A stretch of DNA of 64,000 bases. It comes from Verrucomicrobiota bacterium (GTDB taxonomy: Bacteria > Verrucomicrobiota > Verrucomicrobiia > Limisphaerales > AAA164-E04). Under the pieces are notes generated by a model. The model was not told where the DNA came from. It worked only from the letters and a program-made list of their open reading frames with translations, and made no database searches. A program made the translations under genes and the position numbers. Positions 19,600 to 29,184 of this stretch are shown one piece after another (position 1 is the first letter of the stretch; every line of letters starts with the position of its first letter). Where the stretch lies: NCBI GenBank assembly GCA_047947115.1, contig CP170459.1, positions 1,440,001-1,504,000 of the forward strand. The letters are read 5' to 3'.

Positions 19600-20891
19600 G
19601 GATTCGGTATCAGGCAATCAGGATTTAGCAAGTTCCCGGTGGCGGCGTCATGTATTTTCATGCCCAGGCCGTCCGGGGCAGGAGAAGCTAACTTTTGAAA
19701 GAAATTTGGCAAAGTCTTTTTCACACAGCTCGGGTTATTAATGATGATATCCGGCACAAAGGAACCCACGACTGCAAAACACATGGCCATGCGATGGTCG
19801 TTATAGGTATCGATTTGCGCTCCATGCAGGGGGCCGGGGTAAATGGTCAGGGTTTCGCCCGATTCCTCCACCCGGGCGCCGCACTTGGTCAGCTCGGTGC
19901 GCAATGCGGCAACGCGCTCGCATTCCTGAACCCGCAGGCGCGCCAGGTCCGTGAATCGAACGGGTTGCGAAGACCATGGGGCCATGACAATGGAGGTCAT
20001 GATGCTGTCTCCCAAATCGGTTTTACGTGAAACGGTTTCCGGTAGCGGCCAGTAATCCGGGAAACGAGTGTCGATCTGCCAGTCGGTTTTTGGCCAGTTG
20101 GGAATGCTGATGTGCTCTGCCGGATTGGCATCCAGGGCGCTCATCAGGTAGCGGATCGCCCAAAAGTAACTTCCGCCGGAAGCATCGGGTTCGATCTGGT
20201 AATCATGGTTTCCTGACTTGGGGAATCGGTCCACCATCGCCTGGGTCATGGCCACATAGGGTGCGTTCTCGGTATCCTCGGCCGGAATGTTGATCCGCCA
20301 TTTACCGGTCGCGGCGCAGAGCAGCAAGGCCGAGGCGAATTGTGAGCTTCCCTGGGTCGACACCTTGCAGGTGGCTCCTTCCTTCGGTCCCTGCCCGTGC
20401 ACAATTGCCGGCAGTCTGCCATTTGTGGTTTCCACCACATATCCGAGTTGTCGGAGGGAGGTGACAAGTTCTTCCTGTGGTCGCTCATGCATGCGTTCGA
20501 CACCTGAGAGTCGATATAACCCGTTGCCCAGGCAGACCAGAGCCAGCAGAAAACGGGCAGCGGTCCCTGCGTTACCCACAAACAGTTCAAGTGGTTCGCT
20601 CTCCGTGCCGGCATTCGGGATGGAGCCCCCGCTTCCTTGAACCTTGATGGAACGGTTTGCGGGATCGCTTCGGTCGGGTCTGACTTCGATTTGAAAGCCA
20701 AGCCGTTGCAGACAATCAACCATGACCTGTGTGTCCTCGCTCCAAAGGGCTCCCTTCAGCGTGGTGCAACCTTTTGACAGCGCCGCCAAAATTAATGCGC
20801 GATTGGTGATGCTTTTCGAACCGGGGACCCCCAGTGTTGTCTGGATGGGGGCTTGGAGGGGGTGCAATCGTATGGATTCGGGAAGTGCCAT
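19596..20891 (-). CDS. aroA: 3-phosphoshikimate 1-carboxyvinyltransferase (EPSP synthase)
   Basis: PGSKSITNRAL, GNAGTAARF, SSQFASALL, LRVQECER, DHRMAM. Confidence 0.93.
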   Translation of the reverse strand: MALPESIRLHPLQAPIQTTLGVPGSKSITNRALILAALSKGCTTLKGALWSEDTQVMVDCLQRLGFQIEVRPDRSDPANRSIKVQGSGGSIPNAGTESEPLELFVGNAGTAARFLLALVCLGNGLYRLSGVERMHERPQEELVTSLRQLGYVVETTNGRLPAIVHGQGPKEGATCKVSTQGSSQFASALLLCAATGKWRINIPAEDTENAPYVAMTQAMVDRFPKSGNHDYQIEPDASGGSYFWAIRYLMSALDANPAEHISIPNWPKTDWQIDTRFPDYWPLPETVSRKTDLGDSIMTSIVMAPWSSQPVRFTDLARLRVQECERVAALRTELTKCGARVEESGETLTIYPGPLHGAQIDTYNDHRMAMCFAVVGSFVPDIIINNPSCVKKTLPNFFQKLASPAPDGLGMKIHDAATGNLLNPDCLIPNP

Positions 20892-20933
20892 GTTTACGTG
20901 AAATGGATTTTTGGATCGCCTGCTTGAAGAGGT

Positions 20934-21908
20934 CTAAGCGCCATCCTCCTGACTGGGACGCTGCAGGTATTGCTTCAGCCAGTTGTCCCGCCGGCGCTTG
21001 CTTTCGCTCAACCAGGCGAGGATGGCGTCATGATCGTCGGATTGGATCCATTGGCGTAATTTTTGTGATTGATGCTCGTGAGCTTCCAGGGATTCCAGAA
21101 GTGCTTTCTTGTTGGTGGAAACGATGTCTCCCCACATTTCCGGGGAACCTGACGCCACGCGGGTGGTATCCCGGAATCCGCTGCTGCAGAGGGATGCTTG
21201 TTGCTCGCCATGATCGGGTGAAAGAGTCGAGTGGGCCAACAGCGCCGCCACGAGATGAGGGAGGTGGCTGCATTGGGCGACCACTTGATCGTGCTTATCC
21301 GGGTCCATGAGGACAGGAGTTCCCCCCACCAGTTCCCAAAGATTGCTTACCTTCTCGGTGACGTGAGGCGGAGTTTGTCGGGTGGGCGTCAGGACGCAGG
21401 CCGCTCCTTTGAACAGGTCGGGATCCGCATGGGCCATCCCCTGACGTTCGCTACCCGCCATGGGATGGGAACCGATAAAAAATCCGCCCGATTGGGCGAT
21501 GATCGGCTCCAGTTCCTGAACCAGATAACCTTTGGCACTTCCCACATCGGTAACAATGACGCCAGGTTTCAGATGGGGGATCATGGCCTCGACGATGGGA
21601 CGCATTTTCAGGATGGGGGTGCAAAGTATGATCAGGTCTGCGTCCCGGGTTATAACGTCCAAATCCATGGAAGCTTGATGGACGACCCCGGTCTCCAGCG
21701 CCTCCGCAACCGCTTCGGGACGACGCACAAATCCGGCAATCTTTTGAGCATGATTGCCGGCGATGATCGCCTTTCCAAGGGAACCTCCCAAAAGGCCTAA
21801 TCCCATCAAACTGATCTTGTTCCACTCCATCTCATTGTGGTCGGGGAGGCTATGATGCTTTGGCTTCGATACCCTTTCCGACATCAAAGGTGCTGAGATT
21901 AATGCCAA
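20934..21908 (-). CDS. tyrA: Prephenate/arogenate dehydrogenase
   Basis: GLGLLGGS, TDVGSAK, HPMAGSE, SHLPH, GFRDTTRVA; true start may be a downstream Met. Confidence 0.92.
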   Translation of the reverse strand: MALISAPLMSERVSKPKHHSLPDHNEMEWNKISLMGLGLLGGSLGKAIIAGNHAQKIAGFVRRPEAVAEALETGVVHQASMDLDVITRDADLIILCTPILKMRPIVEAMIPHLKPGVIVTDVGSAKGYLVQELEPIIAQSGGFFIGSHPMAGSERQGMAHADPDLFKGAACVLTPTRQTPPHVTEKVSNLWELVGGTPVLMDPDKHDQVVAQCSHLPHLVAALLAHSTLSPDHGEQQASLCSSGFRDTTRVASGSPEMWGDIVSTNKKALLESLEAHEHQSQKLRQWIQSDDHDAILAWLSESKRRRDNWLKQYLQRPSQEDGA

Positions 21909-21928
21909 TTCGAAACGGAATCAATGCA

Positions 21929-22786
21929 TCAAAAATAGTTCCCGTTGCAAGTCAGTTCCGTCAGATGCCTGATGATGAGGTCGGGCAGCAGTGGGGATAA
22001 GCCAATCGGGGGTGTGGTCCAGATGTATCCGGCGGTTTTCAGAGTGGGATTGATCCATGTCGCTTCACCTCTGGACACCCTCTCCTTGACCTGTTGCTCT
22101 GGTTGCCCAAGGGCGATGGGGATATCCTGGATGGCGTGCGGACCGTCTGCCGCCATGAAGGGGACAACCACACAATGCCTGTTTTCCACTTGCCAATCGA
22201 GCACCTCTTTCACAAAGGGTGGCTCTTCGATGAAGAACGCTCTGCCTGCCCCGCAGCGTGGGTCGCCATCCAGAGCTTCCGCCAGTTCCTGCGTGGTCTC
22301 TTTTGACTTGCTGTGGCGTGGTGTGCCATGTCCTATCAGGGCAATATTGATATCAGACATTGGGACAGGTGTCTTGGGGGGGGATGATTTCAAGGTTGCT
22401 TCGACGGATTGTAAAATCAGATCGAACATGCCAGGCAAGGAGCCCAGAGGTTTCGTGTAAACAATGGTCTTTTTCCCGTCTTTCAGGATGTGAGGAAAGT
22501 TTGTTATGCTGTCCTCCGCGAGGTTCAAAAAGCCGGGGAATATTTTTCGCGCAAAAAAACCTTCGCTCATCAACATGGGCAATACACAGATCAACCGACC
22601 CTTTGCAGCATTCAATTGGTCGTTCATGAATGGGGCGTGCTTGTAAAACCCGGCCAAAACGTCTCCAAACATACCGCTTGCCTTCAGTTTTGACGCCAGG
22701 AACTGACCGGCTTGTGCGGGACGGGGGTCGTCGCTTGCTCCATGGAAGGCCAGCAGGAGCGTCGCCTCTGAAAGTGACTGGTTCAT
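21929..22786 (-). CDS. Two-domain CbiX/SirB-like chelatase family protein
   Basis: LLAFHG..VLPMLMSEG in domain 1; LIGHGT..VVPFMAADGPH..DIP in domain 2. Confidence 0.75.
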   Translation of the reverse strand: MNQSLSEATLLLAFHGASDDPRPAQAGQFLASKLKASGMFGDVLAGFYKHAPFMNDQLNAAKGRLICVLPMLMSEGFFARKIFPGFLNLAEDSITNFPHILKDGKKTIVYTKPLGSLPGMFDLILQSVEATLKSSPPKTPVPMSDINIALIGHGTPRHSKSKETTQELAEALDGDPRCGAGRAFFIEEPPFVKEVLDWQVENRHCVVVPFMAADGPHAIQDIPIALGQPEQQVKERVSRGEATWINPTLKTAGYIWTTPPIGLSPLLPDLIIRHLTELTCNGNYF

Positions 22787-23364
22787 GCCTCAATTGGTGT
22801 CAGGAACTCAAAAAATGAATCCCCGTGCTTCATGGTTTTACCTTGTTGCCACCATGGAGTGATGGTGATCGAATCTCTTTTGGTGTGTCCCAGCAGAAAC
22901 AAACCCGATGCGGAAAGCAGTTTGGGAAGATCCGGCAGGTCGAGGAGTCGTTGCGAGAGAGATTGGGAGCGGCGGTTCACGTTTTTTTCCCCGAACGGCG
23001 GATCGGCCATGATCAGGTCAAATGTTTCACCTTGTTCCACCAGTTGTTTCAATACGGGAAACACGTCCGAGACTTTCATGCGGTGTCGTTCTCCTGGTAT
23101 GTTGCATTCCCTGACATTGCCTTGAATCCATTTCGCATGTTTGGCGGATTTTTCGATACTCAGCACATAACTGGCCCCTCGGCTAAGGCTTTCCAGGCCG
23201 AGCGCTCCGCTGCCGCTGAACAAATCAAGAACGCGCGCATCCAGGATGCGGCCGCCCAAACTGTTGAAGATTGCCTGTTTAACCAGGTCTGGGGTGGGTC
23301 TTACGCCCAGCCCCTTGGGGACTTGTAGGATGCGTCCCGCTGCGATGCCTCCGATGATGCGCAT
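22783..23364 (-). CDS. rsmD: 16S rRNA (guanine(966)-N2)-methyltransferase
   Basis: MRIIGG, RPTPD, LDLFSGSGALGLESLSRGA, DPPF. Confidence 0.9.
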   Translation of the reverse strand: MRIIGGIAAGRILQVPKGLGVRPTPDLVKQAIFNSLGGRILDARVLDLFSGSGALGLESLSRGASYVLSIEKSAKHAKWIQGNVRECNIPGERHRMKVSDVFPVLKQLVEQGETFDLIMADPPFGEKNVNRRSQSLSQRLLDLPDLPKLLSASGLFLLGHTKRDSITITPWWQQGKTMKHGDSFFEFLTPIEA

Positions 23365-23368
23365 TGGA

Positions 23369-23578
23369 TTATGTTTCGCGCTGGATGAGCATCCACATGT
23401 CCTCAAAAGGCATGTCCACCAGCAGCACATCTTCGCCCTGCATGTGCACGACGCATTTGCCGGACGCATTGTGATCCGGCGTGATATAAATCACGTGGCT
23501 GGTGTTCAGGATGATGTCGCGGGGATTCAGGTTTTCCCCCGACACCTGAGGTTTGCCTGTCACTCGTATTAATGCCAT
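23369..23578 (-). CDS. Small hypothetical protein (FlbD-like pattern)
   Basis: C-terminal 69 aa of shadow ORF 23369-24163; ATG at 23578 fills the gap and stops 4 nt before rsmD. Confidence 0.6.
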   Translation of the reverse strand: MALIRVTGKPQVSGENLNPRDIILNTSHVIYITPDHNASGKCVVHMQGEDVLLVDMPFEDMWMLIQRET

Positions 23579-23668
23579 AACCGCGCCAGCATGACCTGAA
23601 TGACAGCGGGGCTCAATCTTTTTAGAAAACAGGATTGTCCAGAAAAGCCGAGATGAGATGATGGGGCC

Positions 23669-24430
23669 ATGGCAGATGTGACAAGGAAGTGCCTGAGCGA
23701 ACTGGAGCAGGAAATTTACAGTTGGCAGTATGATGTGGACGGTTTTGGCCTGGAAGGTCAGGAGAAACTCAAGCAATCCACCGTCCTGATCAGCCGGTGC
23801 GGCGGTTTGGGGGGGGTGGTGGCTTACGAGTTGGCGGCTGCCGGCATCGGCAAATTGATCCTGGCTCACGGAGGCAACATCAAACCCAGTGATCTGAATC
23901 GTCAATTGTTGATGACGCGAGAGGGTATCGGGCATTCGCGTATGGATTCCATCGTGCGTCGACTTAAGGAATTGAATCCGGACCTGGAGATCCGGGCCGT
24001 ATATGAAAACATCTCCGAACAAAATGTCGAAGACCTTGTGGAAGCCTCCGATCTGGTGGTGGATGCGGCCCCCTTGTTCGAGGAGCGTTATGCTTTGAAT
24101 GCCGCTTCGGTGCGGTTCGGCAAGCCCATGGTTGAATGTGCTGTTTATTCCCTTGAGGCTCACCTGACGGTTTTTCAGCCCGGTAACACTCCTTGTTTGA
24201 AGTGTTTGTATCCGCAGCAGTCGACTACCTGGACGCGTCGGTTTCCTGTGTTTGGCGCGGTTTCGGGGAGTTTGGGGTCCATGGCTGCGATGGAAAGCAT
24301 CAAAGTGCTGTCAGGCATCGGTCAACCATTGTTCAATGAATTGTTATCGTACGACCTTCAAAATGTCACTTTTCGTCGTTATAAAATCCGCCGTGACCCT
24401 GAATGTCCGGTGTGTGGCTCGGGGAAATAA
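23669..24430 (+). CDS. HesA/MoeB/ThiF family adenylyltransferase
   Basis: GQEKLKQSTVL, CGGLGG, SDLNRQ, two CxxC zinc motifs (CLKC, CPVC). Confidence 0.9.
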   Translation: MADVTRKCLSELEQEIYSWQYDVDGFGLEGQEKLKQSTVLISRCGGLGGVVAYELAAAGIGKLILAHGGNIKPSDLNRQLLMTREGIGHSRMDSIVRRLKELNPDLEIRAVYENISEQNVEDLVEASDLVVDAAPLFEERYALNAASVRFGKPMVECAVYSLEAHLTVFQPGNTPCLKCLYPQQSTTWTRRFPVFGAVSGSLGSMAAMESIKVLSGIGQPLFNELLSYDLQNVTFRRYKIRRDPECPVCGSGK

Positions 24431-24491
24431 GTCGATGATGCCAGCCATAGACAGATTGATCCTTTCACACAGATGTGCTACTGGTCTCTCC

Positions 24492-25850
24492 ATGACAACC
24501 TTTCTAGCTCGGTGGGACCGTCTGGGTAAATGGGTCGCCTGCCTACTTGGTCTGTGGGCCGGGCTGGGTTCCGTGTCGCTGTTGGCGTGCAAATATTCGG
24601 TGCGTGACGTGGCCTTTGTGGATTTGTCCCGTGAGACCTTTGATTTCCTTACTTTGGTTCCGTCCAGTCAAATGGATGCGGTGAAGGCCCGCCTGCGACC
24701 GGTTGCGAATGCGGTTTTGCTGGACTCCAATGTTCGACTGTCTTGGTTGGCAGCCGAAAACGCTTCCAGTCACCCGGCTTTTTCAACAGCGGAGCATCCA
24801 TTGGAATCACCGGCATTTTGTCTCTACCGGGAAGGATACGCTCCTTTGTTCCTGAACCTTCCGAAACCGCTTTCGACGATGGAAGACGCCGAATGGTGGG
24901 CCTGGCTGGAGAACTTGGTCCAAAGCCCGACCCGACGTGTGATGGAGGAACAGTTGCTTGAGGCCTATGCAGTGGTGCTGGTGGTGGAGGGATCGGACGC
25001 CCGCGAGAACCAGCGTGTCCGGCTGGCCGCTGATTCGGCGGCCGCATCCATTGCCAAGCTCATCCCTGGCATGCCCAAACCTGTCGATGTGCCGCCACAG
25101 GTGGTTGTGGTTGGCTCCGATCGAATCCGCCAGGAATCGCCTTTGTTGTGGAGTTTGGGTTTGAATTGGAAATCTCCAGATGTTCCTCAGGCGGCGGTGG
25201 TGCTTGGCAGAGGGCGGCGGTTGGGACCTGTTCTAAAGGCGGATGAAGTGACCTCAACCCGGTTGCAGGAAATTCTCGCTGTGGCCGGTCAGGATTGCGA
25301 ATGCGATCTGGATCGATCCTGGATGCAGGGTCCCATGATACCTGTTCGCTGGGGGCCGGACCGTGAGCAGGCGGCTTACAAGGCCTTGGGGTTTGATCCG
25401 GAAAATCCTTTGGTCAAAGCCGAGATCAGTCGCATTCTGGCGAGGGGAAAAAACCCAGTGACCGGAGAGGAGAACGACACGATTGGGACGGAGCTGGACA
25501 TGTTGTTGCTCGGTTACAGTGAAGAAGTACTCGAATTGGGGACCGAAGAGATCCCTGACATTTCACATCACGATGCACATATTCACGCCGAAACACCCGG
25601 TGCCCCCAAGGAAATGCCTGGCGTCCGGGCGATCGAAAGATCCGCATCCACTCCTGAAGGTGAAGAAAGTGTTGAAGCTATTCGTTCCGACTCGGAAACC
25701 GTAGCGACCTCTGCGACTGCTTCGACACCGGTTCAGGCGCAGACGCATCCAGGCATTCTGCGACGATCACTTGTTATGTTGGCCGGATTTTGTGTTTTCG
25801 CTTTGCTTGGCGGGATCGGTGTTTTGATGTTTGGACGCAGACGTGGTTAA
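24492..25850 (+). CDS. Hypothetical envelope protein with Cys motifs and a C-terminal membrane anchor
   Basis: Signal-like N-terminus ending SLLA-CKYSVRD; CECD motif; HHDAHIH; C-terminal TM followed by RRRG; start uncertain (24435 or 24492). Confidence 0.75.
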   Translation: MTTFLARWDRLGKWVACLLGLWAGLGSVSLLACKYSVRDVAFVDLSRETFDFLTLVPSSQMDAVKARLRPVANAVLLDSNVRLSWLAAENASSHPAFSTAEHPLESPAFCLYREGYAPLFLNLPKPLSTMEDAEWWAWLENLVQSPTRRVMEEQLLEAYAVVLVVEGSDARENQRVRLAADSAAASIAKLIPGMPKPVDVPPQVVVVGSDRIRQESPLLWSLGLNWKSPDVPQAAVVLGRGRRLGPVLKADEVTSTRLQEILAVAGQDCECDLDRSWMQGPMIPVRWGPDREQAAYKALGFDPENPLVKAEISRILARGKNPVTGEENDTIGTELDMLLLGYSEEVLELGTEEIPDISHHDAHIHAETPGAPKEMPGVRAIERSASTPEGEESVEAIRSDSETVATSATASTPVQAQTHPGILRRSLVMLAGFCVFALLGGIGVLMFGRRRG

Positions 25851-25859
25851 GGAGAGAAC

Positions 25860-27005
25860 ATGCTTCGATTGATCCTCAGGGAATTACTTTTTAGAAAAGG
25901 GCATGCTTTCCTCATGCTCAGCGGGTTGGTGTCGGTTTCCGCTTTGGCGACCGCCTATTTCACGACTGAAACGGCCGCGGCCAGGGAGACAACCCGGGTG
26001 GCCCGTGATCTCGGGTTCAACTTGCGCATCCTTCCCAAGGAAACGGATATGGACGCCTACTGGTTTCAGGGGTTTTCCGATCACACCTTGCCCGAAGAAT
26101 CTGTCAACAAACTCGCCAATGCCGACGGGGTGTTCATGACCTTCAATCACCTGATGGCTTCCCTGCGGCAGAAAATCATGATCCAAGGTCGTGAAGTGGT
26201 GTTGGTGGGGGTGGCTCCCACGGTAACATCTCCCGACAAAAAGAAGCGTCCGATGGGATTTTCCATCGACCCCGGCAAGCTCCATGTCGGGTATCAGATC
26301 GGGGTCCGACTTGGTTTGAAGGCTGGGGATACGCTGAACATTTCGGGTCAGGATTTCGAAGTGGAAAGGGTGATGGTTGAGTATGGAACCGAAGAGGACA
26401 TTTATGTGTACGGTTCCTTGAAGGATGTCCAAACCTTGACCGACAAGGAGGGCCGGATCAACGAGATTAAAGCTATCGACTGTTTGTGTCTGACATCGGA
26501 TCAGGATCCCGCGAGTATTCTGCGCGCAGAATTGGAAAAGATGCTTCCCGACGCCAAAGTGATTCAGGATCGTGTGCAGGCCGATGCTCGAGCTCGGCAA
26601 CGACAGATGGTGCAGAAGAAATTTGCCTTTCTGAGTCCGTTTCTAATGACGGTGGGAGCTGTGTGGGTTGCCGTGCTGTCGGTTTTGAATGTAAGGGAAC
26701 GGCGGTCAGAAATCGGTGTGTGGCGCGCCCTGGGCAAGGGGGGGGTGACCTTGGGGGGGATGTTTCTTGGGAAAGCCATTCTGCTGGGTTTGCTGGGGGG
26801 ATTTATTGGTTTTTGGATCGGCAATGCGTTGGCTTTGAGCGTGGGTCCCGGCATTTTTCAAGTCACGGCAAAAGCCATTCAAACCGAGTGGTCCTATCTG
26901 GTTTGGTCGGTTATCGCTACTCCCGTTCTGGCTGCGGCAGCGGCTTTCATTCCTGCCATGATGGCCGTGGTGCAGGATCCGGCCGACACACTTAGAGAAT
27001 CCTAA
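25860..27005 (+). CDS. ABC transporter permease, FtsX/MacB/LolE-like
   Basis: One TM, large periplasmic loop, NVRERRSEIGVWRALG, three further TM; GGAGAG RBS. Confidence 0.88.
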   Translation: MLRLILRELLFRKGHAFLMLSGLVSVSALATAYFTTETAAARETTRVARDLGFNLRILPKETDMDAYWFQGFSDHTLPEESVNKLANADGVFMTFNHLMASLRQKIMIQGREVVLVGVAPTVTSPDKKKRPMGFSIDPGKLHVGYQIGVRLGLKAGDTLNISGQDFEVERVMVEYGTEEDIYVYGSLKDVQTLTDKEGRINEIKAIDCLCLTSDQDPASILRAELEKMLPDAKVIQDRVQADARARQRQMVQKKFAFLSPFLMTVGAVWVAVLSVLNVRERRSEIGVWRALGKGGVTLGGMFLGKAILLGLLGGFIGFWIGNALALSVGPGIFQVTAKAIQTEWSYLVWSVIATPVLAAAAAFIPAMMAVVQDPADTLRES

Positions 27006-27010
27006 TAGTC

Positions 27011-27703
27011 ATGCTGATTTGTGAATCATTGAGTAAGCATTATCGTTCTTCGAAGGGAACGGTTCGCAGTTTGGATCAGGTCGATCTCAAGGTGGATCGT
27101 GGTGAATTTTTGGTCATCAGGGGACACAGCGGCAGTGGCAAGACCACCTTGCTGCTGACCTTGGGCGCCATGTTGCATCCTACCGGGGGGAAGGTGGTGT
27201 TTGATGGGAAACATCTTTATGATCTGCCGCAAACCGAACGTGCCCGGATCAGGGCCCGATCGATCGGTTTTGTTTTTCAAATGTTTCACCTCATCCCCTA
27301 TCTGAGTGTGGTGGACAACGCGCTCACCGCGGTCGAAAAGCCTTCGGATCTGGAATCCATGCAACGTGCCAAAACCCTGCTGGGCGAATTGGGTCTGGGG
27401 GATCGCCTGGAACATTTTCCACATCAGCTCAGCGCGGGTGAAAAACAGCGGGCGGCATTGGCCCGGGCAATGATGCCGAATCCGGATCTGATCCTGGCGG
27501 ATGAACCGACCGGCAACCTGGATCCAGAGAACGCCGTCGAGGTGTGTCGTCATTTAAAGCAATTCCAGGAGCAGGGGGGCACCGTGGTCTTTGTCACCCA
27601 TGGTGACGCGGCGGCGGCGTTTGCCAGCCGTACCATCACGCTTAAAAACGGAAAATTACTTTCCAATTCCGATGTTTCACCTGATGCTGCTCCAAACTCA
27701 TAA
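27011..27703 (+). CDS. ABC transporter ATP-binding protein (LolD/MacB-like)
   Basis: GHSGSGKT, IGFVFQ, LSAGEKQR, ILADEPTGNLD, VTH. Confidence 0.93.
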   Translation: MLICESLSKHYRSSKGTVRSLDQVDLKVDRGEFLVIRGHSGSGKTTLLLTLGAMLHPTGGKVVFDGKHLYDLPQTERARIRARSIGFVFQMFHLIPYLSVVDNALTAVEKPSDLESMQRAKTLLGELGLGDRLEHFPHQLSAGEKQRAALARAMMPNPDLILADEPTGNLDPENAVEVCRHLKQFQEQGGTVVFVTHGDAAAAFASRTITLKNGKLLSNSDVSPDAAPNS

Positions 27704-27745
27704 CTTAAAAATAAATGACCGGATGAACCGGGCTCCTTATTCACG

Positions 27746-29176
27746 ATGAACATTCATTCGATATTTCGAGATACTTCCTTGGCTTTGTTTTGTACCCTTT
27801 TGTCCGGCAGCCTCCTGACAGCGTCGGCCGCCACCGGGGATTGGCCAACCTACCGGGGGGACAATGCACGGAGCGGCATTCAGGAACATACCCTTCAGCC
27901 TCCCTTGGAGCTTGCATGGGTGTTCAAGCCCAAACAAGCGCCCCGCCCAGCCTGGCAGGGGGAGGCGAAATGGGATGGCTGGAACAAGGTGTATGACCTG
28001 AAGAATCGTCAGGATTTTGATCATGCCTTCCATCTGGTCGGAGCGGGGGATGCAGTTTATTTCGGGTCTTCCTCCGAGGACAAAGTGTTTTGTCTGAATG
28101 CAGACGACGGCAAGGTGCGATGGGTTTTCTATACTGAAGGGCCGGTTCGTTTGGCTCCGACCTTGCATGAGGGGTTTCTGTATGCCGGATCGGATGACGG
28201 GTTTATTTACAAACTGCGAGCATCCGATGGCGAGCTGGTGTGGAAAGTCCGGCCGGGGCCGCGTGATTACCGGATACCGGGCAATGGGCGTTTGATTTCC
28301 GCCTGGCCGGCCCGAACAGGGGTGGTCATTCAGGATGGTGTCGCTTTTGCCGGTGTGGGCATGTTTCCTTCGGAGGGGGTGTTTGTTTGTTCCATTGATA
28401 TTGAGACAGGGAATGTATTGTGGAAAACGGAACAAACCGATTTGCCAGCTCAGGGGTACCTGGTGTCTTCATCCACCCGCTTGTATGTGCCTACCGGCAG
28501 GAACAATCCGGTGGTTCTGGATATTGCCAACGGCAAGCGCGAACGCGTACTGGAGGGGCAGGGAGGAAGTTATGCCCTGTTGACGGATGATGCGCTGGTG
28601 TTCGGTCCGGGAAAGACCGGGGAACTGCGCATGGTGGAGGATGGGTCCAAGGACCAACTGGCGACCTTTCAGGGGAATCACATGATTGTCTATCGCGGTC
28701 GTTCCTATTTGCATTCCGACACCGATTTGCAGGCTATCGATCGTCATCGTTACATGGAGCTGGCTACCAAGCGTCGTGATTTATACCAGTTCCGCAACCA
28801 GCTCAATGATCGACTTAAAAAACTGCAGGCGGACAAAGATACCGATCATCAGAGCGATATGGAATCCATCCGCAAGGACCTCGTTTCATTGGCGAAGGAT
28901 CTTGACGGGATTACCGAAGAGATGAAGGAATGTCTGTTGTGGAAGCAGCCCTGTGATTATCCATTTAGCCTGGTTCTTTCCGGCGATGTTTTGTTCACAG
29001 GTGGCCGCAACCGCGTTGGGGCGTTCGATGCCCAGTCCGGCAAGTTGTTGTGGAACGGAGCTGTGCAGGGCAGAGCGCTGGGGCTTGCCTCCATTCAGGC
29101 ACACTTCTACGTCAGTACCGATTTGGGGTTGGTCTATGCCTTTAAAGCAGCTCCGCAACAGGCTTCCCTTCGTTGA
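27746..29176 (+). CDS. Secreted PQQ-binding-like beta-propeller protein with a coiled-coil insert
   Basis: DWPTYRGDNARSG; repeated A.DG..vW blades; helical insert LATKRRDL..ITEEMK. Confidence 0.85.
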   Translation: MNIHSIFRDTSLALFCTLLSGSLLTASAATGDWPTYRGDNARSGIQEHTLQPPLELAWVFKPKQAPRPAWQGEAKWDGWNKVYDLKNRQDFDHAFHLVGAGDAVYFGSSSEDKVFCLNADDGKVRWVFYTEGPVRLAPTLHEGFLYAGSDDGFIYKLRASDGELVWKVRPGPRDYRIPGNGRLISAWPARTGVVIQDGVAFAGVGMFPSEGVFVCSIDIETGNVLWKTEQTDLPAQGYLVSSSTRLYVPTGRNNPVVLDIANGKRERVLEGQGGSYALLTDDALVFGPGKTGELRMVEDGSKDQLATFQGNHMIVYRGRSYLHSDTDLQAIDRHRYMELATKRRDLYQFRNQLNDRLKKLQADKDTDHQSDMESIRKDLVSLAKDLDGITEEMKECLLWKQPCDYPFSLVLSGDVLFTGGRNRVGAFDAQSGKLLWNGAVQGRALGLASIQAHFYVSTDLGLVYAFKAAPQQASLR

Positions 29177-29184
29177 TCATTCGT

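Noticed and set aside
23579..24163. Full 264-aa ORF 23369-24163
   Set aside because: The upstream part is antisense to the ThiF gene; only the last 69 codons are plausible
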